Below, piece by piece: positions 1 to 11,861 of a DNA stretch of 64,000 nucleotides (within the stretch, counting starts at the first letter, position 1; each line of letters opens with the position of its first letter). The notes beneath the pieces are model-generated. The model did not search any database. It was not told where the DNA came from and worked only from the letters and a program-made list of their open reading frames with translations. The stretch is from Acanthaster planci (lineage: Eukaryota), in NCBI RefSeq assembly GCF_001949145.1, contig NW_019091355.1, forward strand, positions 2,379,107 to 2,443,106. The letters run 5' to 3'. The position numbers and the translations under genes were made by a program.

Positions 1-748
1 AGTGAATCGTATACGTTTGATCTGCATGTACATTCCTTTCCATTCAAAGTTACATAATAGACGACTTGAGTGTCTATAACGCTGGTGAAATATTTATTTA
101 CTCTAAATTTGTTGCGATTATGTAACCAGTTCATATTTTGTGAAAACTGTGCATCGGAAAAGTTATCTTTTTTACTGTCGAGTTCTTTCTGCTTAATTTG
201 TCAGAGGTTAACAGAGGCAATTGTCCTGTATGAAGTGGTGGCGGGTTCGTCTGTATTAAAACCAAGATAATACCTGAAATATCCGACTATCGAGATTATA
301 TCCGATTTGTGTGTCGTTCAACCTTCGAAACGCGTCAGTCCTCCGCCTGTTTAACTGCCTTACATTGGCATACTTTTCTTTACGTCTTTTTTAAACACAG
401 AAATGACTGCCTCATGGAGCTTAACAGAGGTAGATTCCAGTTTACGTTACCTGCAGAATGCTTACGTTTCCAGACGCTGGTTCGTTATTTTAAGCCATCG
501 CAGGTCGACATAACTGCATCAGATGAGTTCAGATGTTTATAAACGAATGTAATAATCATGAGCACGGGGCCGCGACCAGTTTTAAAGGCCAGGATGTAGG
601 GGGTGTGGCTATTATTGTACACATAAAAAAACGATCCTGCATTGCACTCCCGCATTAATTTTTCAATGCATTGTTTTAATTCTTACCTCAAAACACTCAC
701 TGCTTTTGTTTATCTTAACACAGAAATTACAAACGGTGCTTTCCTTAG

Positions 749-1208
749 AGAGTACCAAAGTGAATACGTCACGCGCTCTGATTATCTGGGGTGTGTTTTG
801 GCGGTCATAACCAAGGACTGGTTCGTTTGTTTCTCTTTGGTTAATCGCTTTGAGGGTTTGAGTACTACATCATCGCACTCAATTCTTATTTGATTAAAAT
901 TACCAAAGAAAATCTATGAAAAATTACAGCCGAACCGTTTCTTATTAAGACCGCCAAAACGCAACCTTGATTCGTAAGTGTGACGTCACTTCAGTTTAAA
1001 CCACGTCCACTGCACATAGAGTGTGAGGAACCATGAAACCGGAAGTTATAAACGCGCAACTTTTCGGTTCATCAATGGGAGCAATTTGTGGTGCGTGCGC
1101 ATGTATGACAAAGTCACGAATTGGATGGTTGTGAACCAACACGCGTGAGGATCCATTCATTTGCACTACACTTCTTGGTCCAAAATGACGTCACACCTCG
1201 GTACATCT
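749..1208. mobile_element. MITE of the same family as 3868-3976, reverse orientation, with nested insertions
   Basis: Ends AGAGTACCAAAGTGAATACGTCACGCGC and TGACGTCACACCTCGGTACATCT match the reverse-complemented ends of 3868-3976. Confidence 0.55.
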
Positions 1209-1401
1209 ATCCGGTTCTTAAGTGTGACTTCACTTTAGTTTAAACCATGCCCACTGCACATGCACTGGACATAGAGTTATCATGCACTGATCACCGTTTA
1301 CATGGAACCGGAAGTTAACGCGCAACTTCAGCGATCGTCCAATGGGAGCCTGCAAATTGTGGCGCTTCCGCCTTTGTGACAAAGTCACCTACGAACCGGA
1401 T
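1209..1401. mobile_element. Short inverted-repeat element; a related partial copy lies at ~970-1130
   Basis: Imperfect TIR ATCCGGTTCTTAAGTGTGACTT / AAAGTCACCTACGAACCGGAT. Internal sequence is repeated at ~976-1130. Confidence 0.5.
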
Positions 1402-2493
1402 ATAAAACACGAAACTAATTTTCCTAAAATGTCACTGCTAATCGTGAAGTAATATGAAAAACACGTTGTGGTTATTTTGGTAAATGTAGCTGTCTAGAAT
1501 ATAAATGTAAAATACACCACAACTGAGCCGTGAACCAGCGAGAATACTTGACATGGACCGAGGAGCATCATTCTAAGGATTCCACCGCGAAGAAAAGGTG
1601 AGCTGGGGGCAACATTTCTTTCTTCACGTTGTATCACTCTACTGCAACAAGAAATACGTCATTTTTTATTACTTAATCTTTTTTTAAAGTGCAAACTTGC
1701 TTGTGTGGTGAAAAAAATATTGTATGACTGAGTTGCTTGTGGATAAATTTGGAGATGGTTATAAAACTACTGTTAACTGACCAATAAAGTTAAAAACTAC
1801 ACGTGCATGTATTTTTTTGAGAACCTCCTGGTAGGACTTGAGATATCGCTGGGTAATCTCGATAATGAATTAAGGCAAATCCAAACAATAAACCTTTGCT
1901 TTCATTGGATCTGTTCGTTATCTTTACATTATATCTAGTTTTTTCAGATGAACTTTGAAGTCAGCTATGAAGCTAGTTATCTTCAGTTAAAGTTCAGTCT
2001 TTCGTGCCTTCAAAGAATGACTTTAAATGGCTAACAGCAAAAATCAGATGACCAGCGTTTTGTGATTTTAGAATTTTTTATTTAATCACCGTGGCTAATT
2101 TGTGACTTATATTTGACTAAGTGATGGCCATTTGGCTTACCTGACTAATTAACGTCACTTCAGGTATAGGGAATGACTAACGCTTATTAGTCAAAATTCA
2201 CTTTACACTGTAAGATAATTTAAGCTAACGCCAAGAAATACTGCACACGTCACTCCGTTGTTGGAAACGATTGCATAACACCAGTCATTTCTAGAAGCTT
2301 TAATGTAATTCGCATTTGTAAAGACAAGCATATTTGACTTTCATCGTTAGTTCAGAGTTCAAGTTGTTCCGCCCGCTCTTAGAATGTAAATCATTAATTC
2401 AACGATCAACAAAGGAAATCCCCAGAAGGAAAACTGTCTACATGCACAAAAAACTCTTTTAATTTAAAGTAGAAGCCTATGAGTAAATGCTGT

Positions 2494-5400
2494 CTAATCG
2501 CATCCCGCCGCTGCCACCAACGAACCAGTGCGCTTCTTCCGGGCTACGATAGTCGCCTTGGGCACGACCTTCCTGTCGGACACCTGACCCAGGGCGGCCA
2601 TCAGGTCGATGAACATGGTGGTGAAGTTGATCCGCCAACCCAACTCGCCCGTCTTGTAGTCCCAGGGGAACGTGTGGTGGTAGTTGTGCCAGCCCTCGCC
2701 GATGGCCAAGGAGGAGACCAGGCGGTTCTCGGCCGGGTTGATGAAGCGGTCGTAGGGTCGGGAGCCCCACAGGTGCGCCACGCTGTTGACCATCCAGGTG
2801 CAGTTGAGCAGGAAGCAGTAGCGGAGCAGCGTGGCCACGCACAGCGTGTTCCAGAATGTCTCCCCCCACAGATAAATGGGGACTATAGTCGGTCCCACGA
2901 AGCAGAAAAAGAACATCAGTGACTGGTAGTACCTGCAAAGATCATAAAAGGCAGCAACAATTTATTTTCTTTCTCAGTATGTCCCATAGGCTACATGTTG
3001 AAAAGTTCGACAGCATCGTTTTCTCCTGAGAAATGTAGTTTTGTTTGTTTTTGTTTCGCAATTTTCTTTTTTTTTTTAATTTTCTTCTGAAACAATCAAC
3101 TGACAGGACAGCGCAAGTTCGGGAACGAGTTCTAATTTGGAAACTAATCAACACACCGAGCTGATATGGAGGGGTCTAAAGGCCCATCTGTTAAAACATT
3201 GAGCGCAGAAAGAAACTTCTCAACGCAATAAACCTGAACAGGTGGTCAATTCATTAATTAACAGAATTTCACTTCGGCAAAGTCGAACCCCGAGGTGACC
3301 ACCGACAACAGATTGACTTCAGAATCGTGCTTTGGATGTGAAAACAACGCGGCATCCAAAGGTTAAAAGTCGACTACAAACAGCGGTAACACTCACTTTC
3401 GCTGGAACCTGACCACCGGGTCGTCGATGAGGTCCCGGAGGTTAATCTTCGACCCCTTCTCGATGACCTTAGGGTGCTTACGGACCAACAGCCAGCCCAC
3501 ATGGGAGAAGAAGAAGCCCCTGGTGGCGTTGTGTGGGTCTGCATCCGTTTCTGAGTATTTATGGTGAACACGGTGGTCGCGAGCCCATTCGAAGATGTCA
3601 TTCTTGATGGAAAGACACATAGACATGTTGCTGAATCTGCCGAAATCAACGACTACTGACATACGAGGACGTTTTAGGCAAAGCAGTCCTGAAAAGTGGA
3701 GTTGGAATATGCACAAGCAGCAAGTGTCTTGTCGAGTTTACGATGGAACCAACAACCAACGTCTGACTGGCATACGCGTGTTAAACACCAAACCATTTGT
3801 TCAAGTTAATTTGGGTGTTTCGGTTTTCTGGCGCACTTCAGTGACCACTCAAATTGTGATGCACAATAGAGTACCGAAGTGTGACGTCACTGTGAACCAG
3901 AAGGTGCAGTGCAAACGAATGCGCTAATGCCTTTAACACACTAATTGTGCGCGTGACGTATTCACTTCGGTACTCTATAACTACTGAGAAGGCCTTTAAT
4001 ATATGTGTGTGTATGTATCTCGATTATTTCAAGTGGGCTCACTTTAGTAGATCATTGAGAAATTGCAACGACAGTTTTCCAACCCACAGCCAGGTTTCCT
4101 CAAGCATTTTGATCATGTTGTTCTCGGTTTCCCTTGATTCATTTTCAGTGGCTTTATGTATATTTGTCGTCACGGTTATCAATATTCCAGCTTACCTGGA
4201 ATGCCATACAGTTAAAAATGGCCAGAAGAATCCTAAGCGGAAGTTTTGCCTTGTAGCAACGATGGGCCCACAGGCGATGAGCACCAGCAGTGATACCCAG
4301 GCCCGAGCAGACATACATACCGACGGCTGCAATCAGGAAATGAAGACAATAAAGTTGTTGCCACACTCTTTCTAGGTAAGGTATTATTCGTCTAAGCCAG
4401 AGCCGTATGTGGAGGGAGTGTAGCGCTAACTTGAGAATTGGGGGAAAAATGTATGCTTTATTATGTGTGCAGGACGACTGTACGCTCACTGTCCACTGTT
4501 CTGGTTCTAAAACAATGATTGAACCTCACGTCGCTCGTTCGCAACTCGCTATAAACAGCTTTTTCCGAGCCGTCTCATGTGGCTTGTTGGTCTAGTGGCA
4601 TGATTCTCGCTTCGGGTGCGAGAGGTCCCGGGTTCAATTCCCGGACAAGCCCGTAAAGTATTTTTTTTCCCTCATAATGTTATCATTTTGAAATAACGTT
4701 TTGGTTCAAGGGTCTAACACCTCGGCTTGTTGGTCTAGTGGCATGATTCTCGCTTAGGGTGCGAGAGGTCCCGGGTTCGATTCCCGGACAAGCCCTACTT
4801 TTAGGGAAATTAATTTTGGACATTTAAATGTTAAAGGTTCAAGGAAGGGCCACAGGACTTCATGTCGAAACATCGGCTTGTGAATTTCTTTGGCCGAGAG
4901 AGGTCCAGGGTGGAATCCAAGACTCCCCCTTATTAGTTTTCTGAATGACTGGAAACAATACTTTGAGCGTTGTGGATATTTCAGACTTCAGGCAAAAGCC
5001 AAGCAATTTTGACGTCGCGACACATTCGCAGTGAAATGCTCTTGAACTGGAATGCTGACAAAAATACATAAAGTCAGTTCTTGCATTCGTGAATATTTTA
5101 TCTGACGTCACATGTCAAGTTCCTACCCCCTTTCGCACCAAGTGTGAACCGACCTTTAGTCCGCTGATATAGATAGTCTGTCCCTCTTGCTTTGAGCATA
5201 CCATTTAGGCACACAGGCAAAAGAAACATGACTCATCTTGCATATGATGAAATCCGTTATTCCCTATTGTATGCGATTAAATCCGCGCACAAGATAAAAT
5301 GTTCAGTATGACTACACCAGTTGGAAATTTTATCAGATCTGCCTTTTGTGATCGCAGAGAAGTTAAATCACATGCAGCAGTGATGAAGTACTTAACCCTT

Positions 5401-6243
5401 GCGCCTTTTGAAGTTTAAACCCGACTGATGCCACCCTGTGCAAATTTCAGATTATCAACACAGCGACTGCTGTGTGCAAATTTAATTCAGGGATGACTCT
5501 CTGGCAGATCCTGAGAGCACCCATGAAATGGCTTACAGGCAATTACAAATCATTTATGCTACCAGGGGAACTTCACTTCGCCTCACTTTTTTGATGCTGC
5601 TCTTAATTCACCCGACTCCACATTGTCCAAAATGTAGTAGTAATGGGCAAACTAAAAGGAAAACCTAACGACCAGGGACCAGCTGGGATTGTCCCGAACT
5701 GTTTGCTCAGTTCAATACACTGTCCGTCATATTCGTATTGAGTCCGTTTGTGTTTAGATAATATCGCATAGTAAAAATGCAATTAAACGTCTGGCCAGGA
5801 AGAAAGAGTAAATAAGGGGTGGCCAAAATATTTCAAGGAAACTAGAACACATAGAACGATTACTTTTAGTGCCATGCGACATGTGAAAAGACTCCGAAAC
5901 AGAAAAGCAAAACAATTTTTGAAGGAAAATTGATGTACATGTAACTTTCTAACTCACCCCAAAGCAAGGTGTAGGGGCGGCATTTCCAAGTCAGGAAAAA
6001 GAACGAGTACACCGAGACCACGTGCAATGCTGCCATCAAAATCACGTTCCGCCAGACGATCCTGGTCTGGTTTTCGGACGGGTCCCCAGGCTTGGCGGTA
6101 CCGGTCGCCGTGCGGGGCGGCCCCTCGGCCGTGCTCGGCATGTCTGGGTCGTCGTCCAAGGGGTTGGTGGCGGCAGTGTCATCCTCAGGGGTATCTTCCT
6201 GGGCGACCTCTACGGTGCCGTAGACTATATTCTTTGGTGCCAT
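2494..6243 (-). CDS. SCD: Acyl/stearoyl-CoA Delta-9 desaturase, 4 coding exons, 353 aa
   Basis: Minus-strand exons 6243-5958, 4326-4196, 3602-3397, 2932-2494. All junctions are GT-AG and the total of 1062 nt is in frame. Three His boxes (HRLWAH, HRVHH, HNYHH) and the family motifs [32 protein letters not shown] and NSVAHLWG are present. Confidence 0.95.
3868..3976. mobile_element. MITE with AG..CT termini flanked by AT
   Basis: Perfect 14-bp TIR AGAGTACCGAAGTG / CACTTCGGTACTCT with AT on both sides. A related copy lies at ~26993-27135. Confidence 0.7.
4581..4652 (+). tRNA. tRNA-Pro (anticodon CGG)
   Basis: 72 nt, GGCTTGT...ACAAGCCC. Paired acceptor stem, anticodon arm CTCGC-TT-CGG-GT-GCGAG, T arm CCGGG-TTCAATT-CCCGG, and a downstream T-run (Pol III terminator). 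Lies antisense in an SCD intron. Confidence 0.95.
4724..4795 (+). tRNA. tRNA-Pro (anticodon AGG)
   Basis: Near-identical 72-nt copy with anticodon loop TT-AGG-GT and T loop TTCGATT, followed by TTTT. Confidence 0.95.
4875..4930 (+). pseudogene. Decayed tRNA-Pro copy (possibly former TGG anticodon)
   Basis: GGCTTGTG...TTCTTTGG...GAGAGGTCCAGGG matches the start, anticodon region and variable/T-arm region of the two intact copies at similar spacing (143 then 151 nt). The D arm is missing and the T loop is broken. Confidence 0.5.
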
Positions 6244-9200
6244 CACTCTTGTTTTGTTTTGTTTTTTTTTAGTTCGCACAAAAGCTGAGGAAAGACAAAA
6301 AAATTTTATTTGTAGCCGTCCTTATTTGTTAAAAAAAATCAGAAATTCTATAATTTCATTTGAAAAACCACTGATTCATAGCCTAGCCAATGGGATGCGT
6401 AGCAAAAGCACAACAGGATGCTTGGGGTGTGTTTGGGACAACCGGGATGAGATTGACTGATGATCCAAATAGCTGAAAACAGCTGAAAAAAAGGGCATAA
6501 AGAAGCTAAAATGTGAAAATCTCCTTTACTTCTGTACACAGCCAGTGAAGAAAAAAAGGTGAAATCCCAAACCAAAAAGCTGAAATCAGCTAAAAAGCTG
6601 AGAAATCTCACCCCTGGGACAGAAAGAAAAAGTTTTTCGTTTAATTTTCAGGTCAACAATTTTTTTTTTTACTTTTGCCCCAAAACCTGTTTTAACGATT
6701 CCACGAACGTCACAGGAAGAGGACGATTTTTATGGTATTTATAATAAAATCATTTCTGGTAAATTATGTAAAATAGGCTAGTTCAATTTCCATTAATAAA
6801 TTAAAAGTGGCTACGTGTAAACTGCCGTACTGTCGACTGGAGGAAAAGTTCCGACAGATTGTACCAGGAAAATTGTAGACAGTGTCAGACTCCCCCATCC
6901 GTTTAATGTTCAATAAAATGCAATTTCTGAAAGCAAATGAGATGTAATGTTGCGCGGCGCAGCGCTGACACATCCAGATGATTCTACTTTGTCTTCTTTT
7001 TACGGTAAAACAATTTTTAAATCTCACTTTTTTTTAAAACTCCAGGAGTATATGATGTGGCAAATACAAAGGGCACTCCCTTTTTTCAAGACATGGCCTG
7101 CCTTTTTCTAGACAAAAAAAGGCATCAACTAGTCACATCTCCATGGCAGTGCACTGAACCAGTCATGTGACACCAAGGGCGGATACAGGATTTTCAGAGA
7201 GGTGGGGGGGGGCGCAAAACGCAAAGGGTCAAAAACAAGCGTGCAGTGCGAAGCCGCAGTCGACATGTAAATGCAATGGACTCCGGAGCCAATTTAAAAT
7301 TCATCGTCGTGCATACATCATGGCACATTCGCATCTCAATGCATGTACACGATATGCACTGCGAACGTCATGTCTCGCGCACCAGCCGCTCCCCGCTCGG
7401 TCATGTCGTCATGTACCTGGCTGGCTCTAGCTAGCTGCATACACAAGCAGGTCCACTCTCGGATAGCATCTCCATCATAATAGGCCTGCATAGTTTCGCT
7501 GACCTGATTAACCATAACCCACAGAAACTATAAGTTATTTATGGTCTATTGTCCCGATGGAGCACATGTATAAAAAATGTTTGGCTGAGCTGTCAAGTAT
7601 TTGTCTAATCAACCTGTTTTCGATCGGGTGATAGTAAAGTACCACTACACCTTTGCACTGCAAGCTGCTTCAGGCCTATGCACAAAGGAAGCTATAGAAC
7701 GAAGGGATGTTTCTCAGTACATGTATCATGCTCAGGTTTGTTCAAATAGGACTAATGATTTTTTTTTCCATCAAAAATATCGAAATTTGTCAAAATTGAA
7801 TCAGATTTGTAAAATCAATTGCTAATATTTTTAATAATCAAATACCGGTAATCACACTTCATTCAAGTTTCAGTCAACTGCTGTAACATTGTATAAAGCC
7901 CCTAACTCCGATAAGCGCGTATTATGCACAGGTTTACATGAGATTATGCCGGGGATAACGAAAACACCATTTTAATTATTTAGTCAAGGATACTGAAGCA
8001 CATGCAACTTTCATTCCACGTCCTTATAATTAGCCTAAGGCTTCATCCGAATCTGTTGCCTACAGCTATAGGTCTAGGTATTCGCTCCATTGAAAATATG
8101 CGATAAGCGTGTACGGGGAGAAGCGCTGACAATAGACGTAGCCGTAGCTCTGGAAGCTCGACATGGAAGTCGACCATTAATTTTATGCAAGATAACTATG
8201 CACAATCCTCTCAGTCAACTGTTTTTGGATCAGGGCATACAGTACTGTGACTAGAAGGGAGCCAGATTTTTAGAAATCAGATTAGAAATATATGTCAGAA
8301 AACTCGCGATAAAACGAAACCTAGACAGGAAAATACATGACTGAGATACGAATCGAGTCCTCTGTAAGATCCTAAAATAATTTGAAATTCAGTGACAACA
8401 AACAAGACGACTAGGCCTACTATTGAATATTCAGGCTTTTAAGTGATAAGTGATTTAATCTCCGTGAGGCTGCCTTGCGCCCTATCGAGGTACAACGAAG
8501 AAATAATTATACTTTCCCCACACGTGTTTAAAAGATGATTGTCAAGAGAAAAATACTACAATCGACTCGATAATACAGGAAATATTGCTCCGAAAATTGA
8601 TCAATAATTCTCTGTATTATGCAGCTATAACACAGTGTTAGTCATGCGTGCACCGTGACTGCATGATCCCACGTACCACATTGGAAGCGAAGAACATTAT
8701 TGCAAGAACAAAATATTGCACACAGTATTTATAATCCTAGCTCATTATCCCAAAATCAACAGCCTCCAGGTCAGCAGACCTGGACGGATGTCACTGACGA
8801 GGAAGAAATATGCAGATGCGGGCAGCAGCCGTGCAAGACAAACAAGAGACGAAAGAAGACGTCGAAACAAGAATTACTGTGGAATGTGCCGATGAGACTC
8901 GGGCTACATCAGAAAGTGCTAAGATCCAGGCCTAACACTTTCAAAGCCAAAAGGCAAATTTTGCGAGCATTTGAAAAATGACACTTACTTTGAAATGCTT
9001 GAACCAAAACTTGACGTTAGGACGATTTGGTCCGCAGGACTGCTTGCCTACAAATACTGAGCAGAACTGTGAAGAATATATCAATCTACGAATTCCCGCA
9101 CTCGAAATTTGAGGGCACTGCTGCAAGGTCACCCGTCCCAGAATATCTGCACAATGCGAATTTTACATACATTACCGGTGTATGTGGGAGTGCAACCGCA

Positions 9201-9320
9201 CATCACGCGTCGTCTGGCCTGCAAGGTGCACTCACGCACACAAACTGCGTGCATGAACTGGTGCCCTGCGATCACCATTCACCCAGGTTTGACGGGACAA
9301 GCGGTTGGTTGCCAGTGTGA

Positions 9321-9340
9321 ATGGCGTGATATCTCGTGAC
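9321..9340 (-). promoter_or_regulatory. Candidate tandem SREBP-type sterol regulatory elements upstream of the desaturase
   Basis: The minus strand reads GTCACGAGAT then ATCACGCCAT, close to the ATCACNCCAC SRE consensus. It lies upstream of a candidate non-coding first exon (GTAAG donor at 8988-8984). Confidence 0.3.
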
Positions 9341-10434
9341 GTTACTTTTGGGAGGATTTCCACAGCTGTTATATTTTATGCATATGAAGTAAATCGCGCC
9401 GTATAATATGATGCAAGAATGCTATGATTTTCCCCGGCCCTTTCAATTTGGGAGAGGATTCCCGGTTTTGTTTGTAGTCCGCGAAAGAAAAATTGTGATG
9501 AGTCACACAAAGCGGTCAAGCCACTTCTTTTGCACTTGCAGCCTTCTGCATAATTTTCTTTCAACTTGGAACTTTCGTTATTTTTGCTGGTCACTCTGAC
9601 GCACAAAACTGTGCTTAGAAGGTCACCGTCTGTCTAGCTTCTTGGTACGATCATGCACTGGGTTGTGGGATCCATCTTTCGGGAAATAATTATTTTAAGT
9701 GATATTTGTAGCTCGGTATGTGCATGGTCACGTCGCGGGACAGAGGCGGGGCCGCGTATATTTTTGATTGCACAACATTCTGGGGGAACTTTCGTTGGGA
9801 AAATTGTTTCATCGCCGGCCTGTCTTGAAATGGGAGACTATTCTTCAAGAGACGCGGAAGCAAAGTTCCCGTTAAAATGGCGGAATTTACTTCCTTGAAA
9901 AAAAAAATCCTCCAAAGCCAAGAATACGTAGCCTTCATTCAAGGTGGATTCCCCCCGGCTTCTTGTTTTTGAGAAACAAATTGCAGGCAGGGGAAAACAC
10001 GGATCGATCCAGAATAAAACATAACGGGGGCCATGAACACCCCCCCCGGCATTTTCAAAAAAATTCATAAATCAAGAGAGTTATAGGTTAATGTTTCACT
10101 GTTTCATTCCTTCCCTCCCAAAGCGGCTAAGTAGACCAAACGGTATTCGCAATGACCTAGTCGCTGAGATATATATATAGGTCATAGATGAGCTCCTAAT
10201 TTTCTAAATAGTTTCACAAATATTTTGGCGCCCTAAGCAAATCATTCCCCCACCCCAATTGGGCGGGACGATTTATGTACCGTGGGGAGTAAAACTTCTC
10301 ATGTAAGATTCTTCATTTAGGAAGTTTGATGAACTTATCTCGAGGTATAAATTGTCACAAGGTGGATGAGTCGTAACCGATCGGTCATGTAAGGATGACT
10401 AATCAAGCGGATTTACCTGGCGACGTGGTTTTTA

Positions 10435-10781
10435 TTACACAACGTGACCGATGCTGGGGAAACACCATGTACCAGATTCCTATTGCCAGTCTCGAGAGGA
10501 CACGACGATTCGTGGGATGCGTTCGAGCGAGCTACTCGCATTAACACGAGTAATGATTAACACGAGTATACTCCTAAGCGCTCGAACAGCTGTAGTACGA
10601 CCCCAGGGTCAGCGAGAGTATACTCGCTACTAATGCGCACGCATCCTACGGTGATAACTGGAACAACCGCGCGAACACATCCGTGGAGGCTATATTATGC
10701 ACGGTACTTCGCCTTCGATAATTTACTCCAGGGCCATAATTGTGGCTTTTATTCAAGTCTTGTTTCCCCAGTGTTGTGTAA
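10435..10781. mobile_element. Inverted-repeat-bounded element with a strongly self-complementary core
   Basis: TTACACAAC..CTGGGGAAACA (10435-10464) versus TGTTTCCCCAGTGTTGTGTAA (10761-10781). Nested stems at 10511-10650. Confidence 0.45.
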
Positions 10782-11861
10782 AAAAAATGTTCGTTACCGA
10801 AGAAAACCATCACACAAACGTCGGAGGGCTCCCTAGACGATGGAGCATGCGGAGCCCGAAAATGATGAGCGGGGTATACATTTTTAGTGATGATTTCTGC
10901 GTCTTAACAGGTGACACAGCAGTGCTAGTGACGTGACCTGGAGCCACGTTCCGTGACGGCGATTGGTCGAGATTGTGTGACATGTTAGGTTGCGCACGTG
11001 ACCCGAACTTGATCCTGACACTGACTAGTGTAAACGTTGAACCTACATCGTGCATTGTTCTCGATTAGGAATTGTATTTACGGTTGGAGCCCCACTCATC
11101 CATTTTTTATTCATTGTAACCGTTTTAAATTTAAGCGTATTAAACATGTACTTGTACATTATTTTAAGGATTTAATTGACTGAGAAATCTCAAGCTTTTC
11201 GTCACAGCGTGCGTTTTTGGCATGTTCAGAACCGTCAGCATGGCATCTCCCCACTAGTATAATGTCATCGCATTCCACATGTTTTTGTACACGTAAACTT
11301 TGTATAAATTAGTGAGCGAAAATCGAGCATAATGACAAAATGAACTGAAGGATAAAGATTTAAATAAAGTTGCGACCGATCCTGTGGCAGTCGGAGTTGA
11401 CTGTATGATTGAAATCAAAATATATATTTTACCTTTCTTTTTCGAGAGGAAACATGATGGAAAGATAATGGAAGGTTTAAATCGCTGAAAAATTTGCCAA
11501 TGTCACAAAGTAGTCAAGATAGTTGTAACAGCTGGTTTTGTTTTGTTTTTTGGTTGTTTTTTTAAATATCTCATATTTAAGTGGAGAGTGGCCAAGAGAT
11601 GGCGTCCTTTATGTCCGACGTCGCACGATTCGATCTTGTTGCAATTCGCAAGAGCGTCAGTACGTTTTGCGGTGTTATTGTTGGACTTTGCACCGAAACC
11701 GTCGCAGTAAGCCGGCACTAGAACTTGTGTGCAGAAGGCTCAAGGAGTGACCACCACCAGAGTCCAAAATGTAACTTAGATCCTTTCTGAAAACATTCCG
11801 CAAGTAATTACTGCCGGAGTTCCAGTCTCCTCGGTTTATGTAGTTTAAGTATGACAATACG

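Noticed and set aside
2477..2938. Overlapping 147-153 aa ORFs in other frames or strand over the last desaturase exon
   Set aside because: Shadow ORFs caused by GC-rich codon usage of the real exon.
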